Shown here piece after piece: positions 39,825 through 52,712 of a DNA stretch of 64,000 nt. Numbering within the stretch: the first letter of the stretch is position 1; each line of letters opens with the position of its first letter. Position numbers and translations under genes: made by a program. The notes under the pieces are model-generated. The model had not been told where the DNA came from, searched no databases, and worked only from the letters and a program-made list of their open reading frames with translations. Source of the stretch: Octopus sinensis (taxonomy: Eukaryota); assembly GCF_006345805.1 (NCBI RefSeq), contig NC_043005.1, positions 100,564,001 to 100,628,000 on the forward strand, read 5' to 3'.

Positions 39825-40060
39825 TTTTCTGTTGTGTCTAGGGAGAGTCATTTTCTTTTTGAAAAGGTTGCAAGACACAACGGAAGTTTTAGGAAAATAA
39901 AAATAAGAAAAAAAAGTGGAAATTTGACCGGTGAGTGTGTTCCATTATAAGGCACAAAAAGAAAATGACTCTCCCCAGACACAACAGAATATGCTTCAAC
40001 ACACGAACTCATATAAAGAATCTTGCAAACCAAATCCAAAAACGAAATAAAAAATGTGTT
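39825..40060. mobile_element. Inverted-repeat element family E with its interior inverted
   Basis: 32-bp IRs tgttgtgtctagggagagtcattttctttttg / caaaaagaaaatgactctccccagacacaaca; interior is the reverse complement of 18125-18222. Confidence 0.75.
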
Positions 40061-40169
40061 AATGTTAAAACGTTGTCTCATTTCCTTATTTCATTCTTCA
40101 TACAAAAAATTAGTGGTAACATCTTTATTTACACTGAACCACTAAACTTTTGTTAAAGCAAAGGGCAAA

Positions 40170-40915
40170 TAAACACAAATGTGCCCCACTGGTTTTGTTT
40201 TCTCATAACTTTGAGAAAAACAGATATTTTTTATTGAGATTTTCTACATTTATACTCCAGATAATGTAGATTCCAGTTATAGCAGAATTTGCATTGAAAA
40301 AAAAATTCTTTGAGAGGAGTGGGGAAAATAGTTTCAGAAAATTAACATGCATTAGGTTTGATTCCTCATAATTTTTGTGAAAACGGGGTATTTTCTCAAT
40401 GAAAACTTTTGCAAATATTTTTCAGAATATGTAAATTATGATTAAATCAGGATTTGATGTTGAAAGAAGAATGGAGAGCACTCACACATGCTTACTGACA
40501 CTCACCAAGAATTTTTTCAAAATTTCAAGTTTCATTTCATAGATATGTGTGATGTGTGTCAGTATGTCTGTGTGCTATCTCACCAATTCTTTTTCCATAT
40601 TAAATTCCAATATAATCGTAATCCGGACACTGTGAAAAGTATTTGAAGAAAATTTCATGAAAATTTTCCATTTTTCTGAAACTTATGATGAAAGAAACAT
40701 CCCTCGTGTGAATTTTCTGAAACTTCTCTCCCCACCTATGGAAAAAAAGAGTTTCACAGCAAATTTTAGCATGAGATTATTTGAAAGGATTAGCTAACTC
40801 ATAAGCAATGTTGATCTACACCATCTGAAGGATATATGTGGAAAATTTCATTAAAAAATGTCTAATTTTGTGAAAGTTATAAGGAAACCAAGTTGAGGTG
40901 GGGAGCACACATCAC
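40170..40915. mobile_element. Old non-autonomous DNA element with ~100-bp imperfect terminal inverted repeats
   Basis: atgtgcccca...cataactttgagaaaa...gattttctacat...tgtagat at the left mirrors atctaca...gtggaaaatttc...tgaaagttataag...gggagcacacat at the right. Confidence 0.5.
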
Positions 40916-41210
40916 ATATATCATCATCATTGTTTAACGTCCGCTTTCCATGCTAGCATGGGTTAGAAGATTTTGACTGAGGGCTGGTGGACCAGATGGC
41001 TGCACCAGGCTCCAATCTTGATTTGGCAGAGTTTCTACAGCTGGATGCCCTTCCTAATGCCAACCACTCCGAGAGTGTAGTGGGTGCTTTTTATGTGCCA
41101 CCGGTACAGGGGCCAGTCAGGTAGTACTGGCAATGACCTCACTCAAATCTTTTTACACATGCCACCAGCACAGGTGCTAGTAAGGCTACGTTGGCAATGA
41201 TCACACTCGA
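40915..41210 (-). mobile_element. RTE 3' tail copy
   Basis: Reverse of the shared tail. Confidence 0.85.
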
Positions 41211-41689
41211 ATATATATATCTACAAAATGAAACTTGAAATTTCAACAAATTTTGATGTGTATCAGTATATATCTGTGCACGACCACTAAGTTATTAATA
41301 TTTTTTTTTTCCATATTAAATTCCAATGATATTGTAATTTACACATGCTGAAAGATATAAGTACTTCACTTTGGCTGGGTACTACTGTATATCATTGCAC
41401 ATGAGTTGCAGGAAGTCCATAATAAACATGCATTTTTTAGAATTATATCAAATATATATATATATATGGAAGTATTGAGCAAAAGATTATGACTTAAAGT
41501 TGATATTCATTGTTAGCAAATAGTCCAGTAGCTTTACACTTGAAAATGAAACTCTCTTACTTGAAAAACAATGCGGGCATTTGCCTGTAAGACAAAAACA
41601 ATATATATATGTGTGTGTATATGATTGATTGATTGATTGATTCTAGTTTCAGCTTATGAGCTGTGGCCATGCTGGGGCACCGCCATTTG

Positions 41690-41725
<36 letters not shown>

Positions 41726-41855
41726 TATGTATGTATGTATATATATGTGTGTGTGTGTGTGTATGTATATATATATATATATATATATATAGATATGTAT
41801 GTATGTATATATATGTGTGTGTGTGTGTATGTATATATATGTATGTATGTATGTA

Positions 41856-42225
41856 TCATCATCATCATCGTTTAACATCTGTTTTCCATGCTGGCGTGGG
41901 TGGACAGTTTGACTGGGGACTGGCAAGCCAGGGGGCTGCACCAAGTTCCAATCTGATTTGGCAATGTTTCTACAGCTGAATGCCCTTACTAATGCCAACC
42001 ACTCCAAGAGTGTAGCGGGTGCTATTTATGTGCCTCCAGCACGGGAGCCAGTCAGGGGGCACTGGCATTGGCCACATTTGGATGGTGCTTTTTATGTGCT
42101 AGCAGCACAGGAGCCAGTCAGGGTAGGTGGCATCGACTTCATTCAGATGGTGCTTTTTACATGCCACTGGCATGGGAAGCCAGTCAGGTGGCACTGGCAG
42201 TGACCCACGCATTAATGGTGCTTAT
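41856..42225 (-). mobile_element. RTE 3' UTR copy with three diverged ~60-bp units
   Basis: Shared tail plus repeated ggagccagtcagg..ggca..gatggtgcttt units. Confidence 0.75.
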
Positions 42226-42487
42226 ATATATATTTGTTCATTAGTTTTGAAACTGTTTTCCCATGCTAACATGAGTTGGACCAATAGCTTATTAAGGCTT
42301 TGTGTATGTCTTACAGGCATAGGGTCTCATTGTCTTTCAAGTAAGAGAGTTTCATCTTCAAGTATCAAGGGCTCCTGATATTCATTGCTGACAATGAATA
42401 TCAACTTAAAGTCATCATTTGTTTTTTTGCTCAATGCTTTCATGTGAGAACACAAAGTATGCACCTGACACACAAAGGTACACATTT

Positions 42488-42534
<47 letters not shown>

Positions 42535-44064
42535 CACATGGAACAATGGATTAGCTGTACATAGTGCTACTACATATAAAAAAGGGAGAGAAATTAAAAT
42601 AGCTTTCTTTTGTTTTTCAGAGTGAAATCTTTTGTTTGTGAAGGCAGAATATTTCAGAGTGGCTGATATTTTCATCCTTGTCTAGGAACTTTCAGACAGA
42701 TAAGCTGTAAGAGAATGGAGAAATAACAAAAAAGCAAACCTAAAGCCCCTCAAGCTGTATCTGGTCTGTGGCAATATTCAATCTGGTTAAGGCGGTGAGC
42801 TGGCGGAAATGTTAGCATGTTGGGTGAGATGCTTAGCAGTATTACGTCTGTCTTTACGTTCTGAGTTCAAATTCCACCAAGGTCGATTTTGCCTTTCATC
42901 TTTTCAGGGTCGATAAATTAAGTACCAGTTGCATACTGGGGTCGATCTAAACGACTGGCCCCATCCCCCAAAATTTCGGGCCTTGTTCCCTTGAGTAGAA
43001 AAGAATATTTAGTCTGGTTCCTAGATGAATTTTATAAAATATGTTTTATTATTATTCATTAATTTTAAAAGATTCTGTAAAATACATACCACTAGCATGA
43101 GTTGGGAGTCAGAGCCCAACTAAAGCCATGATTAAAACTGGCTCCATATAGTCAAATCAATGCACCTAACTAAATATTTTAGTTATTTCAGCAATTACAA
43201 CAAAAGAAACTTGTGAATACATATACTAAAAGATGTGACCTATTTCCCTTTCACTTTGTCTATTCATGCTGAACCAAATCAAACTTATTTTGTTTATATA
43301 TTTTTTCAAACTTGCATATGTGTTCGTTTGAATGGATTATAGTGATATGAATGACATTGGGAGGTTTTGCAGCTGAAGCAATGCAAAATTTCTATCAAAC
43401 GTTAATCTTTTTAAGGACTGTATGCATTCAGCTGAATGATTTCTATCTCTGTTTGTACACTAAGCATGCTTACTTAATAGCAATGTATGTATACCCTGTG
43501 GATGAGTATTTCTCAGATCACTGCACACCATTGTCATTCTTTTCTTTATTGTTAATAAAGTTGTTATGAATCTATATTAATTCCTTCATCCATTTGTTTT
43601 GGCTTTTAGGAGGAACTGCCTTTCTCTAGCGTGAAATGCAGTTTGAATTTAACAGTGTATCAGTTGTGTGTTGGACAATATTAGCAAGGCAGATTTTGGG
43701 GCTAGGGTATGTGGTTTACATGTTTGTACATGTATGATGGTGTGATGGGGAGATGGGGAGATGGGGTAGTTGTTTGGTGCATGTATTAGTGTATCAGAAT
43801 AATCATATCATCTTGAGTATAATTACACTCCAATCATTGCAGAGGGTTAACGAATGACCTGTGTCACTCAAACATTTGGTTGATTTGGTGGATGCGGTTT
43901 ATGAAGCTTTTATGAAATATTAGAAGCTGTACTATTGCTAATATCTTTTATTGATTACTTGTGTTGGTCAGTGAGCTGTGGCCCTGCTGAGGTACCACTG
44001 TCAAGGGTTCTGGTCAATCTCAGCAGTTATTTATGTTTTTTGAGTTCAGAAAGTGATTTCATCG

Positions 44065-44396
44065 CAAAAGGCCAGGACAATGCACCAGTCGGCAATCCCC
44101 CACTGGGAACCAACAACTTAGCTGAGATGGGCATTAAAATTGTCCCTTGCCCTCCCTACAGTTCAGACCATGCTCCCTTTGGCTTTTGGTAGTTCCCCAA
44201 GTCAAAGAAGAAAATGAAGAGACAAGGGTTCTGGATACCTTTCCTTTAGAGAACTTCCACAGAGCCTTCATGAATTGGCTGGACTGTTACAACAAGTGCA
44301 GTGAAGTCATAGGTTCTTACGTTGAAGAAGATCAGAGTCTTGTACTCCTTTGAAATCAATAAATACAGCCTCAAAACTTCTGGAGTACTCCTTGTA
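44065..44396 (+). mobile_element. Mariner 3' fragment (irritans-like)
   Basis: QDNAP..LAEMGIKIVPCPPYSSDHAPFGFW*FPK..LENFHRAFMNWLDCYNKCSEVIGSY, ending at a TA dinucleotide. Confidence 0.75.
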
Positions 44397-44817
44397 CACT
44401 GGGTTCTTTTTACTACACTAATGCAGGCCTCTAGATTCTTAAATTACTCTTAACTCAGATTACACTGGATCTATAAACATTACTTTAAAACAGTCAAGAA
44501 TTATGACTCACTATAAAGTCACTTAAAAGAGAGTTTAGTCATGACTATCTCTCTCTAGTAAAACCAAGTTCCACTTAATAGAACAGCTACATGATATCAC
44601 ATACATAACATGTCAATCCAGCGAGATATATTATGTATGCAATATCTATTTTCTCTGTTTATTTGTTGATACTTCATCATATTCCATTCTGTACAACTTC
44701 TCTTTCTTTCATTTACACAATCACTTTTTGCTTTAATGCCAGTTTTGTTGTTTAGCCCTGGGTTAGTCATGATCAAGCAGACCTATGATAAAGACATTCT
44801 GGCTATGACATATACTT

Positions 44818-45218
44818 TTACTCTTTACTCTTTTACTTGTTCCAGTCATTTGACCGCAGCCATGCTGGGGCACCGCCTTTAGTCGAGCAAATCAAACCCA
44901 GGACTTAAACTTTGTAAGCCTAGTACTCATTCTATCAGTCTCTTTTGCTGAACCGCTAAGTTACAGGGACATAAACACACCAGCATCGGTATTCAAGCGA
45001 TGTTGGGGGGACAAACACACACACACACACACATATATATACATATACATAAATACGACAAGCTTCTTTCAGTTTCCGTCTACCAAATCCACTCACAAGG
45101 CTTTGGTCAGCCCAAGGCTATAGTGGAAGACACTTGTCCAAGGTGCCATGCAGTGGGACTGAACCCGGAACCATGTGGTTGGTAAACCAGCTACTTACCG
45201 CACAGCCACACCTTGGCC
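44818..45218 (-). mobile_element. Full-length SINE family A
   Basis: Reverse complement of 6697-7095. Confidence 0.8.
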
Positions 45219-47454
45219 TATATCTTTTTGTTTATTTAGTATATGATATATCTCTTTTTTAAGATGGTAGGATGTAATTTGAAGGAGATTTGGCATCTCT
45301 TTCTAGCAACTACACAAAGCTCCCTTATTGACAGTTCTGATTTTATTCAGACAGTAACAATTTAATAAATTTATCAGAGAAGGAACATGGAAAGACTATT
45401 AGATTAGTTTGACAGGGGCATGTAATGGCTCTGTCATTCTTTATGCCTGCATATATAAATAAATGTATATACATTCATATATTGTTAGACGTATTGTGTG
45501 TCCGCTGTGTTCTACAAGCTGTATGTGTTTATGTAATATTCCTATGAAATCAGACTTCAAAAATGATATTTAATATTTAGTGGTGTAGGAACAGCAATGG
45601 GTTATACAGCAATTGTGTAGTTTATATGTTGTAGGGGGTTAAAGTTGTGACAGTGATGTGAATATACGTTTGTGTATGTGTATATATACTCACACACACA
45701 CACATTCATACATATAAATGTGTGTGTGAATGCATGTGTGGGCATATGTCTGTGTGTATGCGTGTGTATGTGTGTAAGATTTTTAGAGTGATGGTAGTAG
45801 TGTTTGTGTGTATGTGCATCTATAAGTATCAGAAATGGCTTTATAAGTAGAGAAATGCATATTTTATGAGTTAAAGAAGTCTGAAAAAGTTTTGACAAGT
45901 TGAGAATAAATTTGTTTCTCTAGAAAATGAAAAGACATACAGAAACCTTACACATACAGACAGACGTGCATGCCACACAAAGCCATACATTTAAGCATAA
46001 TACACATACACAGACCCACATACATAAACACACTGTGGCATATACTGAGAAGGCCAACATTCACATAAAGACCAAGTTTTCTTGTTATCGGGAACAAGGA
46101 GAGCTGGGATGAATTAATCTCCTGAAAGAAATGCTTTATAAATCAGGCTTTACAAATTAGGAAATGATTGATGAATAGCAATCAAATATTTGAAAGGCAA
46201 ATATTTAACAGGAATACACGACAATGTACACTATTTATTTTCTTCTTCAATATCAGGAAGATATTTGCAAGGATTGACTAACTCTTAAGCAACGATGATT
46301 TAGAACAAACAGGGAAATAATGAAAAGACATGATAAAGACCGAAAGAAGAAAAAGTTATACTTTATCTTGACGCGTGAAGATGTAAAATTTGTTGCATAT
46401 CAAACCTAAGCAATGATGGAATATATGAGAAGAATATTTGACTGAAATGGCAGTTGTGTTGATAAGATATGTGGATATACAGTTCATAATTTGATTTTGT
46501 AATGGATACATCAAGGAAACTATGGCTTTAAAGCAAAATGAATAAAAAGGAAATTATAGATGATCTTGAGAAAAGTGTTGTGTAGATATGATAGGAAAAA
46601 CCAAGGAAATTATAGTTCAGAGAAGATGACTCAAGGAAAGCACACTTCATTTCAATAGCTTGGTGCTGTCGTTTTATTCTATAGCTTAGTCTAGAAGACA
46701 TGGCCTGACTAGAATAATAGCTTAACAATTAGCAAATTGGCAGAATCATTGATGTGTAGGCGTAAATACTTTGTGGTACAAGTGCCAGTTCTGTTTTTTT
46801 CTGAGCTCAAATACCCACAAGGCTAACCTTACATTTCATCCTTGTTAGGTCAATATAATAGAGTGCCAGTCTAGGACAATACAAAGGCAGAACTTTTAGA
46901 ATAATAGAGGACTTGCCATGTATTACTTCCTCTAGCTCTTTGTACCCTATTTTTTAGGAGATAGACTCAAATCTATGGTCTGGTTTAACAACACCAACTT
47001 GCCTTTGGATGCCATTAGTAGAGTTCCCTTTGTTGCAAGCATTTAGTGGGGCCAGGTCTCTGGTTTGGGAATAACTTCTTCCTTTGCTTCTTCTTGGAGA
47101 CCCTGTAAAGGATCACAGGTATTGCTTTTCCCTCCTAATATTAGGTAAAACAAAAAAATAATTAAAACTGAAGAAAACAATAAAAAAATATATGAAGAAA
47201 TACACTTAACATCAGAAACAAGGGCAGGAACTTTGAGAAAACTTCAGTTAGTAACCAGAATTGCTAGAAATAGAAGTGAAACCTCTTTTAACTCATGCCT
47301 TATCACAACAAAAGGTAGGACAATATAATGTAAGATTTTTAAAAGTTTTTAGTTAGGGAGGAAAAGGCAGTGGACTGGACCCTTTACAAGCCCACCAAAA
47401 CTTGTGGGTGGCCTGTCTGAGCACATCTGTCTCTCTACTGAGGAGTGGTCATAT

Positions 47455-47775
47455 GTGAATGGTTGTACCATTCCTTGATCTTAGTTTTCCCCTTGGCATT
47501 ATCGCCAAAGGCTTGGAGAATTTCCTGGATGGTTTGAGCTTGAGTATCACAAAGCTTTTGGCAACATGTGATGCAATATCTTTGCTCAACGCATTCAGTG
47601 AAAACAAAAATCCAGTGAGCAATGTCTCTACTGAAGGTATAACAGCCAGGAATTGACGTGGCCTATCGGTGCAAAAATTTTCAATGCATGTACATGAAGC
47701 ATCACCTCCCACCCAAATGATTTTTACATTAGCTTTGGTGGGAAAAATTAAAGTTGGATACTTTTTGAACACATT
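47455..47775 (-). mobile_element. Mariner 5' fragment (irritans-like HTH N-terminus)
   Basis: tgtgttcaaaaagtatcc TIR-like start; EQRYCITCCQKLCDTQAQTIQEILQAFGDNAKGKTKIKEWYN. Confidence 0.75.
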
Positions 47776-48999
47776 TCATAAAAACTGATGATGCAATAGA
47801 ATTTTCTAACTGAATACATCACACACTAAAAAAATATTTAAGTTAATTTTTACTGTACTTAATGCAGTTATTGTCAACAAGTTAGAAAGAAAATAAATGA
47901 GATAGTGAAGAAAGTAATATTCATGAATGACTAAATTTATTCTGAGTCTTTTAGCAAAAACAGAGGCAATTCTAAACATCATTTTGCATAATTAAATCTT
48001 CTCAGACTTCACTGTACTATTGAGTTGCTTTTACATAACTGAATTCTACCTCTCTGTTCCATGGTTTGAGTCAAGAGAAGTAAAACAGTTAATATATTTG
48101 GATGTTCTTCATCTTTTGCAAAGAGATGTTGCATACAACAAATCAACATCATTATATGGTAGGTACTTCATTTACAAAGGTTTGATGGATAAAACACAAA
48201 AATATACTTGCAATTTTCTCTTTTGGAACTGACAGAGTGACACGGAACTACATATACAGAGTTATAGAGTAATGACATTCTTGAGGATCTTGAACGAAAA
48301 TTCATTTGGATAGCTATTTTATTTAGCTGAGTTTAAAGAAAAGTCTATTCTCAAATCATTATGCTCACATGATCTGGAAAAGCATGAAAAGAAAATCCAG
48401 AACTTTGCTTGCTTTGACAAATTCTAATAGCTCAACCACCAAACAAAAAGATTATAGTTCCACAAACACTAATCTACTTTTAAACATTAAAATCCACAAA
48501 CTGATACTAAATTCGCCTCCATATCCATAGACTGTATTTTATAGTTCATTAACTGTAACCTGATTTTTTATTTACACTTCATTAACTTATACCTGACATT
48601 TTTCATTCATGACTCAGAGCCAGAGTTCACTACAATTTTGTTGTTTTTATTTTATACTTTACGAATCATAACACAATTTTTTAGTTCGCTGCCAATGTTC
48701 CGGAATATTAATTTACAACGAAAGCTTAAATTTTAGAACCTACAAAGAGGAAAAAAAAAACAAAACTTCTGAGCTCAGTGAAGTAGATATTTAAATACTT
48801 TTAGACATTTTTATTTTTGTTTATTTCTTTGAAATGATTTTTACAGCAAATTTCTCCCGACTGGCAGAGATTGGTTGCTTCTCAAACATAAACACTGTTT
48901 TTAAGCAGATATTTTCATGTCAACTATGCGATAGTAAATGATATATAATCACCTACAATTTTATGAGATAAAACATGCTTATGGTTTCAAAAGGTAAAG

Positions 49000-49225
49000 C
49001 ATACAATTACCTACAGTTTCACCAGGTAAATTACAACTACCTGCAGAACAGTTTCATCAGGTAAATTATTTAATTAACACAGGTTTTACTTGGTAAAGTA
49101 CATGGGTTAGCTACAGTTTTATCACCTGAAGTATAAAGTCACCTACAGTTTTACAAGGTAAAATATATTTACTTCCAGTTTCACCAACCTAATAAGTTAT
49201 AGTTTCCTACAATTCCATCAGGTAA
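49000..49225. repeat. Degenerate minisatellite, ~30-40-bp unit with core ctacagtttcaccaggtaaa
   Basis: About six to seven diverged copies visible. Confidence 0.6.
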
Positions 49226-49496
49226 AAAGGATTAATTGCAAAATATTTGGCAGGGTGTGACTGCATTTGAGTATGACATTTTTTGTCTGTATTAAACTCT
49301 GTACTAAAACCTGTCTTAGAATACATTTCACCGTTTAACTATAAATTACCTTAAATCAGCACAATTGGAGTGAGAGGGTATATTTAACTGCCCAAATTAG
49401 AAGTAAAGAACATGTTAAAATGGCCTGTCTGGCAGTGATCTCTTTGTTTCTCTTGTCATTCATGCACACATCTTACCAAACCAAGGACAGCTTCAG

Positions 49497-49915
49497 GGCA
49501 AGCTGGCAGAAACGTTAGCATGCCAGGTGAAATGCTTAGCGGTATTTCATCTGCAGTCACGTTCTGAGTTCAAATTCCACTGAGGTCGACTTTGCCTTTC
49601 ATCCTTTCGGGGTCGATAAATAAAGTACCAGTTATGCACTGGGGGTTGATATAATCAACTTAATCCGTTTGTCTGTCCTTGTTTGTCCTCTCTATGTTTA
49701 GCCCCTTGTGGGTAGTAAAGAAATAGGTATTTCGTCTGCTGCTACGTTCTGAGTTCAAATTCCCCTGAGATTGACTTTGCCTTTCATCCTTTTGGGGTCG
49801 ATTAAATAAGTACCAGTTATGCACTGAGGGTCGATATAATTGACTTAATCCGTTTGTCTGTCCTTGATTGACCCCTCTGTGTGTAACCTCTTGTGGGAAA
49901 TAAAGAAATAAGAAA
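49497..49915 (+). mobile_element. Dimeric SINE family C
   Basis: Same gtaaagaaatag|gtattt junction as 28525-28870. Confidence 0.8.
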
Positions 49916-50795
49916 TAAGGACAACTTCAACACCCAACAATAACTTTGTTCTAATACTTGAAGGGGTCTTTTGTTTTTGCTCTCAGCTTCAATATTCTCT
50001 GCCATTCACAAATCACTACTCAGTTATTCTTTCCAAATCCAAAGTCAGCCAGATAGTATATTGTGATTCTAACTCCAAATACACAATATTCCACCTTCAC
50101 TGGATATACTATTCATTGCCAACTTTGTGCCCTCATATAATTCCCAAAGTTCTTCATATTTTAGGCCCTTCCATTTTATGTACTCACTGACTGCATTATC
50201 ACTTTCCCAAGCCACCATTAACTTTAAAAACAATAACTATTTTAGTGAACTCAGTTTATTCCATGGGATCAGAACATTTTTTGATTATTGCAACAAAAAA
50301 TGTACATTAAATCTAAATTTAATTTACAAAACACCTGTGTCTCTCCTTCTCAGAATGCATCAGTGGAATTTTATATGTATTCATATACAAATATACATAT
50401 ATACATACATACATACATACACATATATATACATGTATATACGCACACATATTTATTAACTAATACCCCACCCACACACACACAGACTCACACAAACATA
50501 AAATCACCATTTATGGAGCTAATTTTGACCATATATGGAACAGAAATTCTATTTAACTAAAACAAGCTAACTGGATGGAAACAATTTAACTGTAGTTTTA
50601 CAAGTAAATCTAAGTAGATTTAGTTGTTATCAAATAACTGGAATGTTTATGTCAGTTTTACTGTTATTGTTTATTGGTCGGCAAATACTCAGTCAGAATC
50701 TGCCATGAAACATGTCTCATACTTTATGGTAATAGAGACATGCCAGATAAAACCCCAATGTAATTTCATTTTCATGTATTACACCAAATATAGAC

Positions 50796-50854
<59 letters not shown>

Positions 50855-51179
50855 CACACACATACATATACACCCTCATACATAGAGTTTTACTCAGTAA
50901 TAATTAAATAAGCATAAGATGTATGCAAAACTGAAGGAAAGTTTCATGTACATAGAGAAAAGTAATGTTTTCTTGACATAAGCAATAAAATAACTTTGAT
51001 CATCATCATGGTCATCATCATTGAGACACTATATATTCACAATAAATCTAACAATTTAAAGGGGTTTAAGTTTGTATCCTGATAAATTCATGCTATACAT
51101 CATACTAATATTGCATGTGTGTTTTTATGTGCAGCAACTGGATAGTGTGACATATCATCATCATCATCATCATCATCAT

Positions 51180-51535
51180 CATTATTATTATTATTGAGTG
51201 AGAGAGCAGTGCATACCATCAAAGTGACACTGGGGTAAAATATACAAAGCCCAGTATACCCATCATGACTACCCATCTGATAAGGGTACACCAGGCACAT
51301 GCATCACAACCATATGTGCGCGACATGGTGATCTCATATCAAGATAAACAGTGCATGACCTCGCAGGTGGGGCCCAGTTAGAATTTTCTTCAGGTAGAGT
51401 AGCCCATTTTGCTCAAAAGGTCCCTGAATAAGGATTGCTTAAGGATGTTGAGCAAAACACCCATGTTTCCAAAGGTGAATTATTCAAACACCAAAGAATT
51501 CCTCTCAACACATAACTATGATGCTCCCCCACTTA
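51180..51535 (-). mobile_element. Family D repeat, 5'-truncated
   Basis: Matches 27080-27430. Confidence 0.75.
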
Positions 51536-51570
<35 letters not shown>

Positions 51571-51975
51571 TTAGTTTTGTCTTGTTGAGAACATGGTAAC
51601 CTCTCCAGTGTTGGTGCCATCATGAAATACACCCATCACACTCTATAAAGTTGTTGTTGGCATTATTATGAAGAGCATTCAGCTGTTAGAAGCAAAATCA
51701 AAAACTAAATGTATGATCCACCTAGGAGGGTAGAAACTCTGAATAAGAGTTGAGTAAGACTATGTTGATGATGATGATGAGGATAAGGATGATGGTGATG
51801 GTGATGTCCAATATTACTGTTTGTGATTGTGATTGTTGAAATGTCAGATTATATTTCATTGCAAGTTGTAAATACACAATTAAAATAAAATGAGTCGAGC
51901 CAAATATTATCGAATTCTCAGAACAAACTAAGTTGTTACCTTAGTTTGTCCTGAATATATATATATATATATATC

Positions 51976-52218
51976 ACAATTGCAGCGTGGAAGGTGTTTA
52001 TAAGCCATTTAAGAAACACACAAAAGCCGTTCGATTCACTTCAACATTTAAGTTTAATTTGTCAAAATATTTTCGTCGCTTTAAGACCGCGACCTGTTCA
52101 CTGACAAAAAATCCGTGCAGCACGGATTTTGACAAATTAAACTTAAATGTGGAAGTGAATCGAACGGCTTTTGTGTGTTTCTTAAATGGCTTATAAACAC
52201 CTTCCATGCTGCAATTGT
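51976..52218. repeat. Palindrome: 93-bp arms (51976-52068, 52126-52218), about two mismatches
   Basis: acaattgcagcgtggaagg...tttgtcaaaat versus attttgacaaa...ccttccatgctgcaattgt; the two near-identical antiparallel ORFs at 51987 and 51998 arise from it. Confidence 0.95.
52058..52108 (-). ncRNA. Putative minimal type I hammerhead ribozyme, G3:C8 core variant
   Basis: Minus strand: UUUGUCA-GUGAACA-G-GUCGC-GGUCUUAAA-GCGAC-GAAA-AUAU-UU-UGACAAA. 7-bp helix I, 5-bp helix II, palindromic helix III loop. Confidence 0.65.
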
Positions 52219-52397
52219 TTTCGTTTCAGCACACGATCTCAGATCAAATTACTTGCTATGCGAGTACATCTCCGTAATATATATATATATATAAGAAAAT
52301 GTAAATATAATACAAATATGGCTGTTAAGTTGATGCACTTTTTAAATAACATGGAGCACACTGACACTCTACTTTCAGTTCAGCAGTCATTGTATTG

Positions 52398-52660
52398 TGA
52401 TCATCATCATCATCGTTTAACGTCTGCTTTCCATGCTAGCATGGGTTGGATGATTTGACTGAGAACTGGCGAACCAGATGGCTGCACCAGGCTCTAATCT
52501 TGATCTGGCAGAGTTTCTACAGTTAGATGCCCTTCCTAATGCCAACCACTCCGAGAGTGTAGTGTGTGCTTTTACGTGCCAGTGGCACAAAGACTGGTCA
52601 GGTGGTACTGGCAATGGCCACAATCGAAATGGCATTTTCTTACGTGCCACCTGCAAAGGA
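52398..52660 (-). mobile_element. RTE 3' tail copy between the PLE ORF and the palindrome
   Basis: Reverse of the shared tail. Confidence 0.85.
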
Positions 52661-52712
52661 GTCAGTCCAGTAATTATTGTACAGAGTAGTAGTAGTAGTA
52701 GTAGTAGTAGTA

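Noticed and set aside
46960-47110. Exon-like minus-strand segment (GLQEEAKEEVIPKPETWPH*)
   Set aside because: Several frames are equally plausible and the sequence resembles an old retroelement leader; no partner exon found.
49005-49070. CTGATGA...GAAAC...GTA on the minus strand
   Set aside because: Produced by the minisatellite unit; helices I and II do not form.
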